NCBI GenBank assembly: GCA_963693365.1
Contig: CAVNZM010000013.1
Location: forward strand, 2,505,817-2,569,816
Direction of reading: 5' to 3'
DNA length: 64,000 bases
Source: Amoebidium appalachense
Taxonomy: Eukaryota; Protista; Ichthyosporea
Position 1 is the stretch's first letter; each line of letters opens with the position of its first letter. A model generated the notes under the pieces. The model did no database searches and was not told the origin of the DNA. It was given only the letters and a program-made list of their open reading frames with translations. Shown here in pieces: positions 32,457 to 64,000 of this stretch. Position numbers and translations under genes: made by a program.

Positions 32457-33227
32457 CACACACACACACACACACACACATACGCACGCAAGCTTAACAC
32501 TGCATAACCACACACACGCAGTGAAAAACGCACTGTGACACAACGAACACACACACACACACACACACTCACACACACACCCATGCACGCGCATGCACAC
32601 ACATCACACACACACACATGTGTACACATGCACACACACAGAGACACAGACATACACACGCATACGCACAAAAACACCAAACAAAAAAAAAAACAGATAC
32701 TCAAACAGCACACACAATACATTGATATGGGAGCCGAAACAGAACATTTCGATTGACCTTATTTTGTTTCCTCCCCCACTCCCTCGGGTCCTCCTGGCCC
32801 GAAATCCCAAGGCCTCCCCATCCCCTCAAAGCCCGCCCTCCCGCCTCTCCCCTTGAAGTACTGTACCCCCATTATTCAGAATTACCTACGCCCCTCCCTC
32901 CTCCCCCCTCCCCACCCCCCCCCCCCCCCCCCCCCCGCCGCCCCCCTCCCCCGAGTCCCTGCGCCCTCCAGCCCCCCCGCCCCACCCCCTCCCCCCCCCC
33001 CCCCCCCCGGCCCCTTCCCCCCCCCCCCCCCGCCCCCCCATCCCCACCCCCACCCCTCCTCCCTCTGAGTCCACTGACCCACATGAGGTGCTCGCATGCA
33101 TGGGCTCCCCAATGAAACAGGAGTTCACATTTTTCATATTTCCTTGTTTTTTGACAGTCACCAGGTAGTTGTGTGCTTTAAGGACTAGTCATGACGTTTT
33201 TTTTTCTTTTTCTTTTTTTTTTTTTTT

Positions 33228-33259
<32 letters not shown>

Positions 33260-33653
33260 GGCTTGATACACCATTATGTGTACGTATACACGTCCAATGA
33301 CATGCACATGCCTCACCAGTGGCAATCCAATGGCACATGATTGCCGTTTTCAGCATGAATTCGAATGATTGTAGACTAACACAACCTATGATTTCATTTA
33401 AATGGGCCCACAGGTTCCAAACCCTTTGCTAATAGTGTTAAGCAACTGGTACCAGGGTTGAAGATAAGCATGGTTTTGATGCTTTGCAACGCATGGGTAT
33501 GATCGTTTTATTTTTTTAGGCATTCGAGGGGCCCGGGGTATGGCCCGGTGCACGATGATTGTGATCATGGTGGTGAGGGGGGGGGGGGGGACACATGTAT
33601 GCGTGTGTATGTGTAGTGGTGGCCCGGGTGGTGGTGGTGGTGGTGGTGGTGGT

Positions 33654-33686
<33 letters not shown>

Positions 33687-33923
33687 GGAGGGCGGGGGAT
33701 TTTCTGACGTGCATGTACGCGTGCCAGTGAATTGAATTCCCTTATGCAAAGATTTCACGTGCCAGTGGTCACCGGGGTGGGTCAATTTCCGACATTTTCG
33801 TGTGGTGACGCGCATGCGAACGTGGCACGTGCACACACACAAAAGCACATGCATACACACCATGGTACCCGCCCATCCACCTACCCACTCACCCACCCAC
33901 ATCACATTAAAGCACACAAAACA

Positions 33924-33990
33924 CGTGCACACACACACACACACACACACAATACACGTGCACACACACACACACACACACAATACACGT

Positions 33991-34023
<33 letters not shown>

Positions 34024-34122
34024 ACACGTGCACACACACACACACACACACACAATACACGTGCACACACACACACAATACACGTGCACACACACACACA
34101 CACACACACACACAATACACGT

Positions 34123-34157
<35 letters not shown>

Positions 34158-34192
34158 ACACGTGCACACACACACAAACACACAATACACGT

Positions 34193-34229
<37 letters not shown>

Positions 34230-34311
34230 ACACGTGCACACACACACACACACAATACACGTGCACACACACACACACACACAATACACGTGCACACACA
34301 CACACACACAC
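33924..34311. repeat. Minisatellite of AATACACGTG(CA)n units
   Basis: About 11 copies of AATACACGTG separated by variable (CA)n spacers. Confidence 0.9.
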
Positions 34312-34324
34312 ATGTACACACGCA

Positions 34325-34361
<37 letters not shown>

Positions 34362-34862
34362 TTAGGAGATAGTAGCACCCACCGGCCCTTAGCTAACTCC
34401 CCCCAACTCGTATAGCCAAAGTCTTCTCATGCTAACTGTTCAATGTTTATTTCACATATATACACAAGTGCGCAGGGGTGCAGGCACATTATTTTTAAAA
34501 AACCACTGTGTTATGACTCACAGTACCTCATACTAAACAATGTAGGCAAGTTGATACTTCAATTGAATCACTGTGCCGTCGGGGTCCAACATACACCACT
34601 TGTAAATGCAACAAAATCACTGGGTGGACATACTTCTCAGTGTCGCCAGGCATGTTGCAATTATTATAGGCTGAGCCTGGTAAAGTAAATTGATATCGTA
34701 CTCCCGCCTTACACATCAGTTGCCATCGAATGCAATACATATCTGTTGTACCAATTCTTCTTGCCCCTAAAAGCCCCCCCCCCCCCCCCCCCCTCCCCCC
34801 TCCCCCCCCCCTCCCCTCTTTCTCTCTCTCTCTGAGTTCTCTCTCTCTCTGAGTTCTCTCTC

Positions 34863-34904
<42 letters not shown>

Positions 34905-35141
34905 ATGTCGCATGTAAAACGTGTGTGTGCTCAATGTCCAGTGTGCGATCGTGTTTGTTTTTTCCGTTTTTTTCTTTTTTTTCTTTTGGTGTGTGTGTGT
35001 GTGTGTGTGTGGGCACACCCACACGTGTGTACTTGAATGTGTATAGGCCGGTTTATTAGTGATATGGGTCCACACAGAGGGGAAACGTGTGTTTGTGTAA
35101 GGGGGGGAGGCATCTATAGGCAGGAGAAGTGACACCCAGAT

Positions 35142-42228
<7,087 letters not shown>

Positions 42229-43175
42229 TTTTCAACATGGAGGTATATCGGTCTTATTCCGCACATGTTCAATCCGCGGCCGCTTCCCCTTCATTTTTCT
42301 GGTTTCCCGTTTGCACCGTACGTACGCGTGCGGCGTGCCAATGCTTCAAAGTTCAAACCAGTCCCAAAATAAACAGGGTGCTAAATCAGCCAATCAAATG
42401 ACGCCAGGACTATTAAAGATTTCATCGGTGTGTCATGTTCTGGGTGTGTCATAGTCATGATTGTTGTTGGTGTTGCTACAGAATGTAATAAGAGCCATAT
42501 TTCCCCGCAGAATGAGCATAAGTGGACAGCAGCAAAAATAAATAAGTTTTGCATGGTTTTGGTGGCGATAAAGACGCTCACAAGTCTGGACAGCAACGGG
42601 AAGGTAAAGGAAACCTTTAACTAGTGGCTCATCTTTTGGTGCACGCTAAGCCAATCGAAATAACGTTTAGTATTGGAATTCACCATATTTAGGTATTGTT
42701 GTTAAAGCCACTCTTCTGTTTATCTCGCCCGGGGTCTGTTTGCCTATTGTACAGTGTGCTGGGTGGTGCAAGCGGCCTGGGCAAACAAACCATTGAGGAT
42801 CATTGATGAAGAAAAAGGAGAAAAGGATTGCGATACGCACTTATCTGTTCATGAGTGATACACCCAGAAACACACTTAGTGTTTTTATCAGTCAGTGATG
42901 TGGCTAGAAGGAAGAAAGTAACTTAGGCGTTGATCCTGTTCTGCTCCTTGATCCCGTCTTCCCGTATCTTTTGCTCAAATACAAGGGCGGCATCCCTATA
43001 AAAAAAGAGCTGTGTGAAATTGCAGCTCGTGCGTGTTCTCGATCACGGCTGTATGTTCCGGGGAAAAGAGCCAAGCCATGGTGTCTGAGATAATATAACA
43101 TACCATACAGTATAGAAATATTAACATTGAACTCCATTGCCAATTACAAGGGGAGGCGAATATGAGGTCTGGAAA

Positions 43176-63412
<20,237 letters not shown>

Positions 63413-64000
63413 GTATGTCCACTGTATATCTCGATCATGCTGTTGGATATACTTAAGTAGCCTGCGTAGCATTTTGGATGGGCATAAACTGGTAAAACAT
63501 GGTGGGATTGGATATACTGGGTAGTCTGTATATCAACCCAAATATCTGGAATGATGCTGCTTTTGACGGTACACGAATGTTGCACATTAGTTCTATTTTA
63601 TGGCTTATATCTCAGATTATGATGCCATTGCCCGCACAATCATGTTTCTGAGTGCATATAGGCACTTTCTTGGTGCGGCATGGTGTAATTCGATAGACTT
63701 TCAAATTTTCTGATGGCTTGAACGTGCTGATATCAATTAGTCATCGACACACAAATCGACGGAAATCCGATTACTGCTGGGATCGTGTCAATAGCAGATC
63801 GATCTATTCTCCTGTTTTGATGATTCGTAACTTTCTTCTTAATAATGATCTTGCTGACTTGCATTCCGGAAGGACACGTCTGAACAGTGGTGATGAACAA
63901 AAGAGAGAGAGAGAGTGTGTGTGTGTGTGTGTTGGGGTGGGAGGGGGGCCGGGCGGGGAGGTGGCGGGGGTATAAGTTCTTAAATGGAAATACAGTGTTT

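Noticed and set aside
33924-34311. Regular repeat-spacer pattern resembling a CRISPR array
   Set aside because: The spacers are only (CA)n, the repeat is 10 bp, the context is eukaryotic and there are no cas genes.
42342-42860. Spliced-looking segments upstream of the C2-C1 gene as coding exons (LDSNGK looks C2-like)
   Set aside because: I could not join them in frame to the 43176/43629 exons. They may be 5' UTR exons and are left unresolved.

Overview
Eukaryotic, intron-rich genomic DNA, probably from a unicellular opisthokont (inferred from gene content only). It is saturated with poly-C/poly-G runs and (CA)n/(GT)n/(CT)n microsatellites, so nearly all ORFs in the supplied track are repeat artefacts. 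Manual splice reconstruction gives, in order: an APE+RT non-LTR retrotransposon with a poly-A tail (about 0.9-4.1 kb); SAP18 (-) head-to-head with a low-molecular-weight protein tyrosine phosphatase (+); a SERTA-domain-like gene (+); an intronless multi-pass membrane gene (-) head-to-head with TFIIB (+); and an unidentified multi-exon gene (-) head-to-head with a long C2-C1-C2-C2-(DUF1765/Ahk1-like) gene (+). The last gene runs off the right edge and hosts an intronic tRNA-Ala(TGC) and a foldback MITE. The most notable signal is an apparent repeat-based splicing code: weak or GC donors followed almost immediately by a C-run, (AC)n abutting 3' AG acceptors, and some introns whose two halves carry mirror-complementary repeats. 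Other highlights are a duplicated phosphatase exon differing only at synonymous sites and a SERTA-like domain outside its usual animal context. Gene models were built by eye. Homopolymer lengths and two single-base frameshifts may be sequencing errors.
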